Shown here in pieces: positions 25,368 through 37,714 of a stretch of DNA of 64,000 nt. Where the stretch lies: the NCBI RefSeq assembly GCF_044704955.1, contig NC_091995.1, forward strand, positions 11,160,001 to 11,224,000, written 5' to 3'. Numbering within the stretch: the first letter of the stretch is position 1; each line of letters opens with the position of its first letter. Source of the stretch: Pristiophorus japonicus. Its lineage: Eukaryota. Under the pieces are notes generated by a model that saw only the letters and a program-made list of their open reading frames with translations, was not told where the DNA came from and did not search any database. The position numbers and the translations under genes were made by a program.

Positions 25368-27153
25368 AGGTACTGGATATTGAAGATCCTCCTGAGAGGA
25401 GAAGGAGGGATGAGGATTCGGAGGATGCTGACAATGAGGAGGAGGAGGAGGACCAGCAGCAGGAGAAGGAATCACCTCAAGCCGCAGGACGATGGCGGAG
25501 GAGGGGACCTCTAGCCATTGCTAGAGACTTGTGTCAGTGGCTAATCCGTGAGCGTTTTTCTGCCTGAAGGCTAAACGGCGGCACGTTTGATTATAGTGTC
25601 GCACCATGCTGACTATTTACACCTGTTTGCACTTTTAATAATGTTGTGTTGGTTTATGTTGGTTAAATTCACACAATAATTAACTGATTCTGGTTAAATT
25701 AAAAGAATAGGTTTATTTGACATTTGTACATTTATACTTAACTTTAATAAAACATTTAATTTTTCAATGAAGAAATATCAAACTTTAAAATTTTCCATTA
25801 ACATGTATCAAACTTTAAACTTCTCGCAAACTTTAACATTTTCATTTAACAAAATTTGATTGTATCAAACTTTAACAAAACAAGTAGCAGCAAGATACAA
25901 GTATCTCTCCTCCCCCTTATTCAACGACCACTAGCGCGCAGTGCCCCTCTTGCCCACCCTGGTGCCTCCACCCTTAACCCCTTCTGTTAGCGCAGCAGAC
26001 TTCCTCAGCCCCCTGGTGAGCCCAAAGTTATATTTTTTTATTTTTCGTTGGTGGGGTTGGACAAGGGCAGACCTAGTAGACACCTTTCTGGAAGGCCCAG
26101 GTTTGTCTTCGTCTTCTTTTTCAAGCTGTGGACTACCCTGTGGCACAGTCCCTGAGGGTGGTCTGAGGGTGATTTGAGTGGCACCAGTTGATGCTGTCAA
26201 TTGGTGGTGTTGGATGACAACCTGGGTGTTGTTCCCTTATTGCAGCAGCGACCTGCAAATTTCCGTCGCATATGTCAGAAAATTTCCCCATCAGCTGTCC
26301 CGACAGTGCCTCAAGTGCATCCACCATTCCCTCCCTAATCTGCCCTGCCAGTGGTGATCCTATTCCTCCCGACAATGTTGCTACTTCTCCTGACAGTCCC
26401 ACAATTTCTAGCCTCACCTCACCCATGGTGTCCAGGAGCGACCTGGTTCACTGCATACTCTCCCCACTCATCCCGATGAGCTGTACCGTGTCTACCTGTG
26501 CTTGTGGTTCAGCTCTCATTTTCACCCTCCTTCGCCATCTCCCACCTGTGCCTTGCTCCTTGACCCTATTGGGCATCCCTCTCACAGGTGTGTATTGCTG
26601 GACCACACTGGGACACACATCCTGATCCATGGGCTCCACCGACTGCAGGTCTAATATGACCATCTGATCAGTGTGGGGGGATCTTCATGCTGACCTTCAT
26701 CCAGATCTTCCTGCCCAAAATCAGGAAACAATTCTGGACTCTCTCCTGGATGTCCTTTGGGTGCTACTTCTGCCGGTCCTTCTGGATCAACTTCTGCATC
26801 TTCCTGACGCGCAGCTGCTGTAAAAAAAAAAAAAATCGGAAAGATCCATTAAAGCCTAGCTAGTCCACGCAGTAATTAGCCAACCCACAGTGCAAATTGC
26901 AGGGCCTACCCCATCTCTTTGACCTGGGCCCGGTGTCCACTTTGGTGGTGGATCTTCTCCGGTGAGCTTTAATTGGATCAGAGATCCTCTGTTCCAGCTG
27001 GCTCAGTTGCAGCTTACTTGGTGGACCTCTACCAGGACGATCCCTGTGGTACCTGATCTTTGCATTCTTCAACTGTAAAGATGAAAATGGAACTTTTTAA
27101 GGGCGGGTCCTTCCGCTGTGGTGGCCACACACACACACATTTTCAAATATAAT

Positions 27154-27366
27154 TGTTATGTATGTAAACATTACCAATGTTTAAGACTTGTCACCAGGGG
27201 ACGCACCTGTGGGAGACCTAAGGGTCACCTGCACACCCTGGGCAAGCAGGTATAAAAGGCAGTCTACCATGCTGCTTCCTCAGTCTGGAGTTACATTAAA
27301 GAGACCAAGGTCACAACAGTTTGAGCTTACAATATACAGTCTTGTGGAGTTATTCTGAACATAACA
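27154..27366 (+). mobile_element. Solo LTR inside the Harbinger element
   Basis: TGTTATG...CATAACA, TATAAAA and ATTAAA; flanks ATAAT/GTAAT; same family as 56273-56488. Confidence 0.8.
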
Positions 27367-28337
27367 GTAATTGCAGTGCATACTTGAACTAATTGTCCTA
27401 GGTCCTGCCATGTCTTTTTCAGCTGCCCGCCGATTCTCCGACTGATGGCGACGGCATTGTGCTCTACAGCAACATCATCCCAACATTGAGCCATTGCAGA
27501 AGCTTTGACTTTTTTTCGTTTTTCCCCGAGTTGCCAGCAAATCCCATTTCCTCTCAATCATATCTGCCAGGGATACCACTTCATGTGGGAGAAATCGAAC
27601 GGCCCTTCCTTCTCCTCCTTCGAATTCCTCTTCCACTTCCCTCTCAGCCGTGTTTTGCAGGTTTTAATGCTCAAAATTGCAAAAAGATCTAGCCAGCAGG
27701 ATCCGATCACAAAAGGAAAAACGATCGGATCACAAAGGGCTTTTTAAATATGTCTGATCCAGACCAGGAAGTTTCTTTTCTCGCGTATGCACAGAGAGTT
27801 TTTAGCACAGACTTGAAACTCCGCCCCATCGCCCCATCGCCCCCGCCACCCCCCCCCCCCACTCCCTCCGCCAGACAACTTTGGAGAGTGCGGCGCCAAA
27901 TTCAAATATTTGTTTGCCGAAAGTCCTGATTTTGCTTTGTGGCGTAAACGTACAAAAAAAAATCGTACGTTAACATGTGCAGGCGCCAAAAATGCAGCAA
28001 GTGGAAAATAGGGGCCCTTGTCTCTGCAAAAATAGGTATGTACACGTTAGGCCAATAGACAATATTTTCCTCGGTCTTGTTTTTCCTCTCTTATTGTCTA
28101 TCCTATTCAGCCTATTTGGGAGGCCTGATATTTTTTGTCCGACGTTTATTTGGTGGACTGATGTGCTTTTGTGCCTGGGGCTGCAGCCCCATCCGCCCCA
28201 TGGTTAATCCACCCCTGGTTCCGTGCTGTAATTTCTATGATTCCATGATTCTATGAAGACAGCTGCCAGGCTTTGAGTGCGCTCCTCAAATGGTCTCAGG
28301 CCGGCCAGAATTAGAGGAGCGCAGAGATCTCGGAGGC

Positions 28338-30115
28338 TTATAGAATCATAGAATCATAGAAATTTACAGCACAGAAGGAGGTCATTTCGGTCCATCGTGT
28401 CCGTGCCGGCTGACCAAGAGCTATCCAGCCTAATCCCACTTCCCAGCTCTTGTTCGGTAGCCCTGTTATGGCACTTCAAGTGTACATCCAAGTATTTTTA
28501 AATGTGATGAGGATTTCTGTCTCTACCATCCTTTCAGGCAATGGGTTCCCTCTGGGTGAAGAAATTTCCCCTCAAATCTCCTCTAAACATTCTACCAAAT
28601 ACTTTAAAATCTATGCCCCCTGGTTTTGACCTCTCTACTAAGGGAAATAGGTCCTTCTTATCCACTCTATCCAGGCCCCTCTTAATTTTATACACCTCAA
28701 TAAGGTTTTCCCTCAGCCTCCTCTGTTCCAAAGGAAACAAACCCAGCCTATCCAATCTGTCCTCATAGCTTAGATTCTCCACTCCCGACAACATCCTTGT
28801 AAATCTCCTCTGTACCCTCTTTAGTGCAATTACATCGTTCCTGTAATGTGGTGACCAGAACTGCATGCAGTACTTCAACTGTGGCCTAACTAGTGTTTTA
28901 TACAGTTCAAGCATAACCTCCCTGTTCTTGTATTCTATGCCTCGGCTAATAAAGGCAATCATTCCATATGCCTTCTTAACCACCTTATCTACCTGGCCTG
29001 CTACCTTCAGGGATCTGTGGACATGCACTCCAAGGTCCCTTTGTTCATCTACACTTCTCAGCGTCCTACCATTTAATGTGTATTCCCTTTCCTTGTTAGC
29101 TCTCCCCAAATACATTACCTCACACTTCTCCAGACTGAATTTCATTTGCCACTGTTCTGCCCACCTGACCAGTTTATTGATATCTTCCTGCAGTCTACAG
29201 CTTTCTTCTTCATTATCAACCACATGGCTGATTGTAGTATCATCTGCAAACTTCTTAATCATACCCCTTACATTCTAGTCTCGTATTAGTATTAGGCAGT
29301 CTCTCGTATCAAGGATGACTTGCTTCCACACCAAAAAGGGATAAGTTCACAGGTGTTTCAATGAGGGCCCTGACATTCCAGATCCCGAACTACATCCTGA
29401 AGGGTGGAAGATGCCTGTGCATGGATTCTTTCAATGTGGGGTGGCCGTTGCACACCAGCCACCACACGGGCTTGATAGAGCTTGGTCTTGGTTCAGTGGC
29501 AAGGATTAACCAAGATGACTGGAGACCAGCTCTGCTGCATGGACCTAGTGTGCACACATACTCCTACTGTTCATAGATCGCAGTGTGGGCTGGCCCGTGC
29601 TGCCCCTGGGCCCTTGCCTCTTCTAAGCCCCTAGCCCTTGCCTCTCCTGGTCCCTGATCATTCAACGCACCTCCGCCACGATCTCTCGCTGCTCCTCCGC
29701 CCTGACCTCCCCGCTCCTCTGGATCCTGCACATGCTCCAATTGGCGAGCTGGGTTTCAGTGATGTCACCCAGTTGCCCTCCTCAAAGCTGTCACCTTCCT
29801 GGAAAGGCTCTCACTGCCATCACCATTCTAGTCTAGATCATTGATTTATACCACAAAAAGCAAGGGACTAGTACTGAGCCCTGTGGAACCACATTGGAAA
29901 TAGCCTTCCAGTCACAAAAACACCCAGCAACCATTATCCTTTGCTTCATGCCTCTGAGCCAATTTTGGATCCAACTTGCCACTTCAAACTGGATCCCATG
30001 TGCTTTTATTTTCATGACCAGTCTGCCATGTGGGACCTTATTAAAAACCTTGCTAAAATCCATATACACTACATCAAATGCTTTACCCTCATCGATCCTC
30101 CTCCAAAAATTCAAT
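28338..30115 (-). mobile_element. CR1 RT fragment interrupted by a 542-bp insertion (29282-29823)
   Basis: KFADDT RT motif, DFSKVFNKVPH; 11-bp TSD CATTCTAGTCT at 29271-29281 and 29824-29834. Confidence 0.88.
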
Positions 30116-30119
30116 CAAG

Positions 30120-30770
30120 TCAGATATTACACAGGCTTGTATGGCTGGCAGGAGTTAAAGGGACAGGGAGGGGCGAGGCCATGGAGGGATTTGAAAACCA
30201 GGATGAGAATTTCAAAATCAAGGCATTGCCAGACCGGGAGCCAATGTAGGTCGGCGAGCACAGGGTTGATGTGTGACCGGGACTTGGTGCGAGTTAGGAC
30301 ATGGGCAGCCGAGTTTTGGATGAGCTCCATTTAGAGAGGGTGCAAGGTGGGATTACGGCCAGGTGCTTTGTAATAATCATGTCTTGAGGTAACAAAGGTA
30401 TGGATGAGAGTTTCAGGAGCAGATGAGCTGAGATAGATGCGGAGACGGGCGATGTTACAGAGCTGGATGGAAATAGTTTTGGTGATGAAGTGGAAATGCG
30501 GTCGGAAGCTCATCTCGTGACACCAAGATTGCAAACGGTCTAGCAAGCTTCCGATGGTGGCCAGGAAGATGGATGGAGTCAATGGCCCGGGAATGGAGTT
30601 TGTGGAGGGGACCGAAGGCCGTGGTTTTCCTACAATTTAGTTGGAGGGAATTTACTTTTTCAGGAGCGTCTTAAAGGAGGAGAGAGAAGGAGCGAGGCGG
30701 AGAGGTTTAGGGAGGGAGTTCCAGAGCTTAGATCCTAGGCAGTTGAAGGCACGGCCGCCGATGATGGAAG
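30120..30770 (-). mobile_element. L2-clade LINE fragments
   Basis: IQNSAAHVLTRTKSRSHINPVLADLHWLPV. Confidence 0.75.
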
Positions 30771-30799
30771 GATGCTGCTACCTCTGTATGATGGGAAAA

Positions 30800-31150
30800 A
30801 CTTATTATGGGATGTCTAGTTTGGCTATCCATTCGACGGCCTCCTGAGACGCCGAGTGGAGAAATGAGGTGCCTCCCGCTACAGATCTCAGTGGACAAGT
30901 TGACGTGATGTATTCCGTGGTCTGGGACTCATGGCCAAAGTCTCCCTTCCGGTTGTCCCTCATCCTCCACTCGCGAACAGGTAGCCGCCTCGTCCATGCC
31001 CTGTGCAGATTGAGTCGAGCGCTGCCCACTGTCCTCGAGGGAGGTCAGAGCCAGGGACCTCACTGTTGGGTCAGTAATGAGGTGCAGGTTATTTATGTTG
31101 CAAGCATCCCACGCTTCCTCCATCTGGATAGTGGGTTGACAGCAGCTGCA
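30800..31150 (-). mobile_element. Vingi/Ingi-like LINE 3' end (further fragment at ~32750-32870)
   Basis: QTTEYITSTCPLRSVAGG...EAVEWIAKLDIP* and WLPVLSHIALPAIHR resemble the Vingi C-terminus (from recall). Confidence 0.5.
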
Positions 31151-31322
31151 TCAACATTGATGCCATTCCGCAAAATGTCCGGCGCAAATTTAAAAGCTGT
31201 CGTGGTGGGTTTTTCTAGTTTTCCTGAAAGGGAAAGTCGATGTTAGTCATGACTTTTTCCATCCCGCTGTAAAGGGTTAATATTTCCACAGAAACCAATC
31301 GTCACAAAAGCCACCTCTATTA

Positions 31323-31630
31323 ATGGCTTCGTTTCTGTAAAACGCAGGATATCTTCAAACAAAGGCCTCGCTCTCGAAGCCAGACTTGTCAAGGGTTGCA
31401 CGGAATCGGACGGTTAATTGTGTTCGATAGTTAATGGCTTCTTTCCTGTAAAACACAGAGACCAGTTTCTGGGATGGCTTCTTTCCTGTAAAACGCAGGA
31501 TATCTTCAAACAAAGGCCTCGCTCTCGAAGCCAGACTTGTCAAGGGTTGCACGGAATCAACTGGTTAATTGTGTTCGAGAGTTAATCGATTCTTTCCTGT
31601 AAAACATGGATACCAGTTTCTGTAAACGGC
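31323..31630. repeat. ~151-bp direct tandem duplication with repeated TTTCCTGTAAAAC submotif
   Basis: CTGTAAAACGCAGGATATCTTCAAACAAAGGCCTCGCTCTCGAAGCCAGACTTGTCAAGGGTTGCACGGAATC occurs twice. Confidence 0.9.
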
Positions 31631-32870
31631 ACTATACAGAGACCTTAGGCACGAACTTAGTGGCCTTACCACTTGCTGCCGCCGGCTGCCACCGAGTTTT
31701 TTCGGCACTCTCCCCTCGGTGCCAGTTTCCATTCGGCCTCCCGCTGGCGGGAGGGGGGAAACCCCTGCCGACGGCCGCTGGCACGCAAGCTGGGTAAGTG
31801 ACCTCCCGCCCGCCGAGCTGATAGGTTCCTCCGGGCGGGAGTCAGTGGCAGCAGGAGGCAGGTCTAACCCTGACGGTAAGTAAGAAGACCTGCAAAAAAA
31901 GGTTAGTGAACCTCTTTTATTTTTTTTCCGGCAATTTATGTGTATGGGGTCCCCTGAAGGTGTTCCAGTGGGGGGGGGGGGGTGTTTGTATCATTTTTTA
32001 TCTTATTGTGTTCCCCCCCTCGCTGGGCCCGACTCAATCCTCAGCGGAACTTTGGCGAGGATCGCATTTGCCGCCGAGATTGGGAGCTCCCGCCCGCTGC
32101 CGCCCAGATTCGCGGCGTAAGTCGGTTTTTTGCCACCGGGCGGTATTTCAAGGACTTTTTTTTCGCGAAACTCCTGCCCAAAGTACCGTCAGGTATCACG
32201 GCGGTCTTTTGGGCAGCACTTGGGTGGAACTTGGCTTCCACCAAGCTCAGGCCCTCGTCTTTAGTGTCAGATATGTTAATGAGCTTAAGAAAATGGCGAT
32301 TTGTAATTATGCTCGCTGGTTAATGCTCCCTGACTGGGAGACAGTCACAAAAGACAGAGGAGATGGGAACAGATCATAAGATTGGAACACGATAATTCAA
32401 TCATCAGTAGAACGAGGCAAAGCTCAGAGGGTTAAAGATTAAGAATGAGACGAGTGTATATTGAAGGAAGGTATAAGAACATTAACTTCCAAACCCCTCG
32501 TCACACAGAGGAGGCAATGTCAAGGAAGGAAGGGTGTCCAGCGAAGCATCACACGTCAACGCGTCCTTGGTTGTATGGGAAGTAAAGCCTGTATTTTGAC
32601 CATATCTGCACTGTCCAAGTTTATGTAATGTCTTTGTGTGTGTGTGTGTGTGTGTGTTCTTTAAACTGTTCTAGTTTACTAAAGCGAGTAACCTTGTCCT
32701 CACCATTTTCTGCCAGTCGAATCCAAGTAAATAAGGGCATTTAAAATAGCCTACACCACGGAGCACGTGGCGTCGCGGTGAATGGCAGGCAGTGCAATGT
32801 GGGACAGCACCGGGAGCCACTCAGTTAGTGTTGACTTGAGCATCCTGCATGCTGCACATCCATGATCTGC

Positions 32871-35652
32871 GGGCTCAATTTTCCCCAATGCCATTTTTTG
32901 GCGTATTGCCAGAGTTTCGCCCGTTTTTTTTCTGGCCCCGACCACTCCAAAAAGATAAGTACAGGCAACTCTCGATTATCCGCACACAGATGCAACGGGA
33001 AACCGTTGTAATGGCATTTAAAATTCCATGTGTGTGTGCGCGCTGCTACAGCCGCTGTCTCTCGCAGCCGCCGCTGACGTCAGAGTCCTTTCTCGGGCCG
33101 CTGACGTCAGGGTCCATTCGGCCTGGGAAGGCAGCGCGCTCCAGAACCCCGGAGCTAGACAATCTCCTCCTCGAGGCCACCTGCGTGCATGCTGGTAATG
33201 TCCATACTGAACTGCCTTGTTACTGTTTGCAGCTGATTGCACAGTATTTATTCATTGAAGTTTTAACTTTATAATGTCAACTCGCTTGAAAAGAGAAATC
33301 GTTTAGGACATAGCCCAATCCCCGAGGGACACGGATAATCAAGAGTTTCCTGTACAAGTTTCCACGTTTTATTTTTTGAAATTGGCGTCCCTGTAGCTTC
33401 GGGAGGGTGGAGCCTAATGCCTGCACCAAAAAAACGATACCTCCCCTTCTGCATATGCGCGCAAAAAAAAGAACGTTTTTGACGTGATTGCTATGGGCGC
33501 GCATTCCCAGTATAGCTCCTGTTCTGCATTTGGCCATTTTTAAAGAGCCAGTTGTGTGTGAGAACTTTAATTCCCATTGGAAAAATCAGAGCAGCAATAC
33601 AAGATGCAACGTGGCTCAAGGATCAAGAATTTCTTACAGGATGAAGTGGAGGCACTGGTTACTGTGATTGAGGGCAGGTGGCAGGAGCTGGACACCAGCA
33701 GAGGTCACATAAATGTTTCACCTAAACAAATGAAGGAATGCTGGGACCAACTTGCAGAAGATTACTGTGCAATGGTGACCACCCCGAGGTCTGGAGGCCA
33801 GTGCAAAAAGAAGTGGCAGGACCTTAGTCAAGTAGTTAGTGTAAGTAATATTTTCATTTATTCACTGGAATTGTAAATGTGACCAGCTGTATATGTCCCA
33901 CCCCGCAGAAAGACACCCTCTCTAAAAAGTTATGTTTTCATCTTTGCAGAGGAAGGTGGCACACAACAAAAGGGAAAGAACTTGAACAGGAGGAGGCCGG
34001 CCAAATCTGCACCCACTGACACCCTTGGAAGACAGGGTCGCTGCTTTGATGGGTCCTGCCTGGAGAAAAGCAACCACCACTGCACAAGCTGGGCCCACAC
34101 TCGAGGGAGAGGGTAGGTCCTGCAAATTCCACAGTCTGGCTTTGCTAAATGTTAAGTACTGCGCAGGCGAGCCATGCTTCGGTTCATGGGGATGTCTCCG
34201 TCAGCTACACTTTGGTTGATGCAATGTGCTATCCTACATTGTGGTCCTTCAAATCAGCCTGTTGCCTGCACTGTGTGACCCTACTCATGCCACCTACCCT
34301 GCCCCCTCCTCTTCTGCTGCTAACCATTTGTCTGTTGTGTTATATTTTGCAGAACTTGAGGCCAACCCGGACGATGCAGAAGAAGGTTCAGACGCCGATG
34401 GGCCTGAAGAGGAGAACATCTTCCAATCCCATCTTCCAGACCATGGGAGTGAGGGGGAGGGGGAGAGGATGGATGAAGCCCCCACTGTTATACTCACTTT
34501 GGAGGAGGTGCAGGTGCCGCCCATTTAGGTGAAAGCCTCTTTCCTGAGTGGTACGAGTATTAATAAATTCCATGGTTTATCACAGTCCAAGGTTGGGGAT
34601 TCTAGTGGGATGCAGCGAGTCACAACCAGGGCCCCACCTTCCGAGGCTGCGGGTCCCAGTGGGATGCAGCGAGTCACACCCAGGGTGAGGAGGGTTCAAA
34701 ACATCTCCCTCCCCAAGGTAGACGCCCTAGTATGGACTACACCCAGGTCTGAGCATGTGCAATGGGCTTGCTTAGATCGGGAACCCTCTGCCTGCCCCCA
34801 CCCCCTCACCCCTCCCCACCGGGCTTCATTTGATGCTGCTTGCTGCATAGTGGCATAGTGTAAAGGTTCTTATCCCTTCAGTTCAGCTTCCAAACCCACC
34901 CACCCCCCCGCCACCCAACCCCCTGGGCTTCATTTGATGCTGCTTGCTGAATAGTGTAAGGCTTCTCATGCCTTCAGTTCGGCTTCCACCCAGCAAACCA
35001 CCCCCCACAAACCCCAAGCCCGCACAAACCCCAAGCCCTCCGGGTTTTTTTGATGCATAGTGGCATAGCGTAAGGAGTCTCATCAGTTCGGCTTCCACAC
35101 ACCCCCACCTGCACCCACCCCGGGCTTCTTTTCAAGCTGAGATCCGAGGCCCTGTGTTCGGCCAAGGGACCGATTCTTCTGGCTCGAGCTCGGTTTGGAG
35201 CCGTTCGATGGTGGCATGGCGCTTTTTTTAAAAAGCCAAACTTCAAGAATTGCACGAAACTTCCATTTTTAGTTGAAAAAATTGAAGCTTGATGATGCAT
35301 ATTTATGCGTTCTTGACTCCCTCCAAAACTTCGCCTGAAAACAGTGGCGTCCTTCAGCTCCGATTTTTTGATGTGCGCTGGTTTTTCTTAAATGCCCAGG
35401 TTTTCCGGGAGGGATCACATACGTCATCCTAGGAGATTTGTAAGTTGGCCAAACTTGCATAATTGTGAAAAACTGGCAGAGGCATCAGATTACACCCCCT
35501 ATGACGCAAAAAAAAAACGAACCTAAAAAAATCGTATCTAACTGAGTTACGCTGGCGCACAATGTTTGGGGAAATTTAGATTTTTAAATTTAGACCAAAA
35601 AAATCGGCGCACACCAAAAAAACGGCGCAACTCACTGAGGAAAATTGAGCCC
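32871..35652 (+). mobile_element. Harbinger deletion derivative retaining the Myb/SANT-like gene, no transposase
   Basis: Perfect 14-bp TIRs GGGCTCAATTTTCC / GGAAAATTGAGCCC; NFLQDEVEALV...WDQLAE...RSGGQCKKKWQDL at 33604-33840; TSD not evident. Confidence 0.8.
32962..33352. mobile_element. Tc1/mariner (Tigger-like) MITE nested in the Harbinger element
   Basis: TIRs CAGGCAACTCTCGATTATCCG / CGGATAATCAAGAGTTTCCTG with TA TSD. Confidence 0.85.
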
Positions 35653-36307
35653 TTTGTGTGGTGGCTGAAGGAGCATTAGGCAGAGCAGTATTCTGCAGTA
35701 GAGTAGACTAGGACCAATGTTGCAGCGTGAAATGTTCTGGCTGTGCTTCCCCCATGATGTTCCAGCCAGTTTACGATGGAGGGATAAAAATTGGGAATGC
35801 GCAAGAGGCCATAATTAGAGGAACGCCGGAAGCTCGAAGGGTTGTGGGGGCTGGAGGAGGTTACAGAGACAGAAAGAGGTGCCTGCTAAAATTGCAAAGA
35901 TTCAAGTTCACTTCACTGAATTGCAGGTGTGAAAGTTAGGAGAGAATTGAATGTGGTAACTTTGGTCAGATATATGAGACACAGAGTGATGAGTGGAATG
36001 GGGAGCTTGCACACAAAATGCACGGGTGAAACGTCAGTGAGATATCCGGAAGTATCTCCTTTCTCTCAGGGTTGTGACCCACTGGAAACATGTTTGTCAA
36101 AGAATGTGGTCAGTGTGGGTACACTACAATCCTTTAAAAAAGGATATGACATGTTCCTGAGGGGCGACGGGGGGGCGGTCAGTCAACGGCGGATTTGGGG
36201 TTAGTTAGACATGCCAAGTTCTTTGACACAGTTCATTTCCCATGGAAAGCAATGAATGGAAACCGAAGGGCAATATTCAGAAAAATCATTTCATGTCATT
36301 GAAATAT

Positions 36308-36394
36308 TTTATTAATTCCCGTCCATCTGCTCAGCAGTAAATAATCATATAAATAAATAATGTAAATAAATAACATAAATAAATAATATAAATA
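36308..36394 (-). promoter_or_regulatory. Copy B 3'UTR AU-rich element cluster plus AATAAA (36308-36313)
   Basis: About eight overlapping ATTTA pentamers and TTATTTATT nonamers on the minus strand, typical of the TNF class II ARE. Confidence 0.8.
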
Positions 36395-37301
36395 CAACAA
36401 TTAATGAACCTATTTAAGTAATAGGTTAAGTTCGCCAGAAAAATCCTGAACATGACATTAATTATGCCACTGAAAGACATCTTTAAAACAGATGTCATAG
36501 AGTTACATGAAACAAATATTTTTGTCAATCTCTACGATTAATATTCAACAGTCGAATATTCGAGGTACTATATTATGGGATGATTTCGGTAGTACTTGTT
36601 GAATACTCTTTATTTTTAATTGGATAAGTTTCGACCAATCACGCTCCAGGAAAGTGGCATCCCGCGAAAAGACAACCAATCGCTTTGTAGAGATGGAAAG
36701 CCAGTTGACTGCTTGGAGCTTGGCTGGCCATCATCACCAGACAGAAAGCTCAGGGTCTTTCCATGAACACCATCACTGAAGGTCCACGGAGACATTGGAG
36801 AAATATTGGAACACAAATAGATGGCAGGGCAGAGCCCATACTCTTCAAAGACCAATAACTGGTCACACGGGCTAACCAGTCTGAATATCAGACCCGATAC
36901 CCCACTTGCTCGCTCTTGGGATTGTTTAATTACTCTCTCCCAGAGGAGTACCAGTTGAAATAACATGACTAACAATAAATATTGATTAAATATGAATATT
37001 AAATATTAAGGAGATGCACAGACTCCCTCCAATCAGTAATGATCTGTGCTGCATTTGAACTGGACTGGCAGAGAGGAAAGGTCAGTGTGATAACCCTCCA
37101 CACTACCCAATCCTCCAACCTCAATACATTTGATATTTTCTGTCTCTACAAATCTTTAAATAAAATGGTGGAGAGATTAGTCCCTTTGTCCACTTAGTGC
37201 CAGATAGGACAATGTGCCCTGAACAGTTCCCACTGTATTTCAGTTTGAAATTCTCCATCAGTCATTGTTGTTGGCCATTCGCTGGAAGTAACTCGGGCTC
37301 C

Positions 37302-37714
37302 TCACAAAGCGAATATTCCAAAGAAGCTCTTTCCTTCGGAGGCGTCCACATATCCCACAGCCTTCTCACTCACCCTGGAGAAGATCTGATCTCCTGCTTC
37401 AAACTCAAAGACAGCTCCCTGGTAGGAGGTCTTGTACCAGGTTTCTGCCCGTGGACCATATGGGCAGGCGGACTTGGTGGCTTTCAGGAGCAAGAATTCC
37501 TCCGGATAACTCGGTGAGAGCTTGGTGAGTTCATGGCTCAGGAAGATGGTGTTACCCTGGCAGTCCCCACTGTAGAAGACCACCTGGGTGTAGACAAAGT
37601 ACTGACCGGGGGTCTTGATGATGAAACGGTTGTCCCTGAACTCCACTCCCTCGACAAAGGTGGAGTCTGCCACATCCTGCCATATCACCTTCTCTCCTTT
37701 TAAGGTTTGTGAAG
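37302..37714 (-). CDS. TNF: TNF copy B exon 4 (THD)
   Basis: Acceptor CCTTCAG|CT, ASQTLKGEKVIWQD...FFGIFAL*. Confidence 0.92.

Noticed and set aside
36755-36772. Roquin CDE-like stem-loop TTCCATGAA
   Set aside because: The pyrimidine-purine-pyrimidine loop reads correctly only on the non-mRNA strand.
36616-36975. 119-aa ORF in the copy B 3'UTR (109 aa in copy C)
   Set aside because: No recognisable domain, non-ATG start, and different C-termini; explained by recent duplication of UTR sequence.
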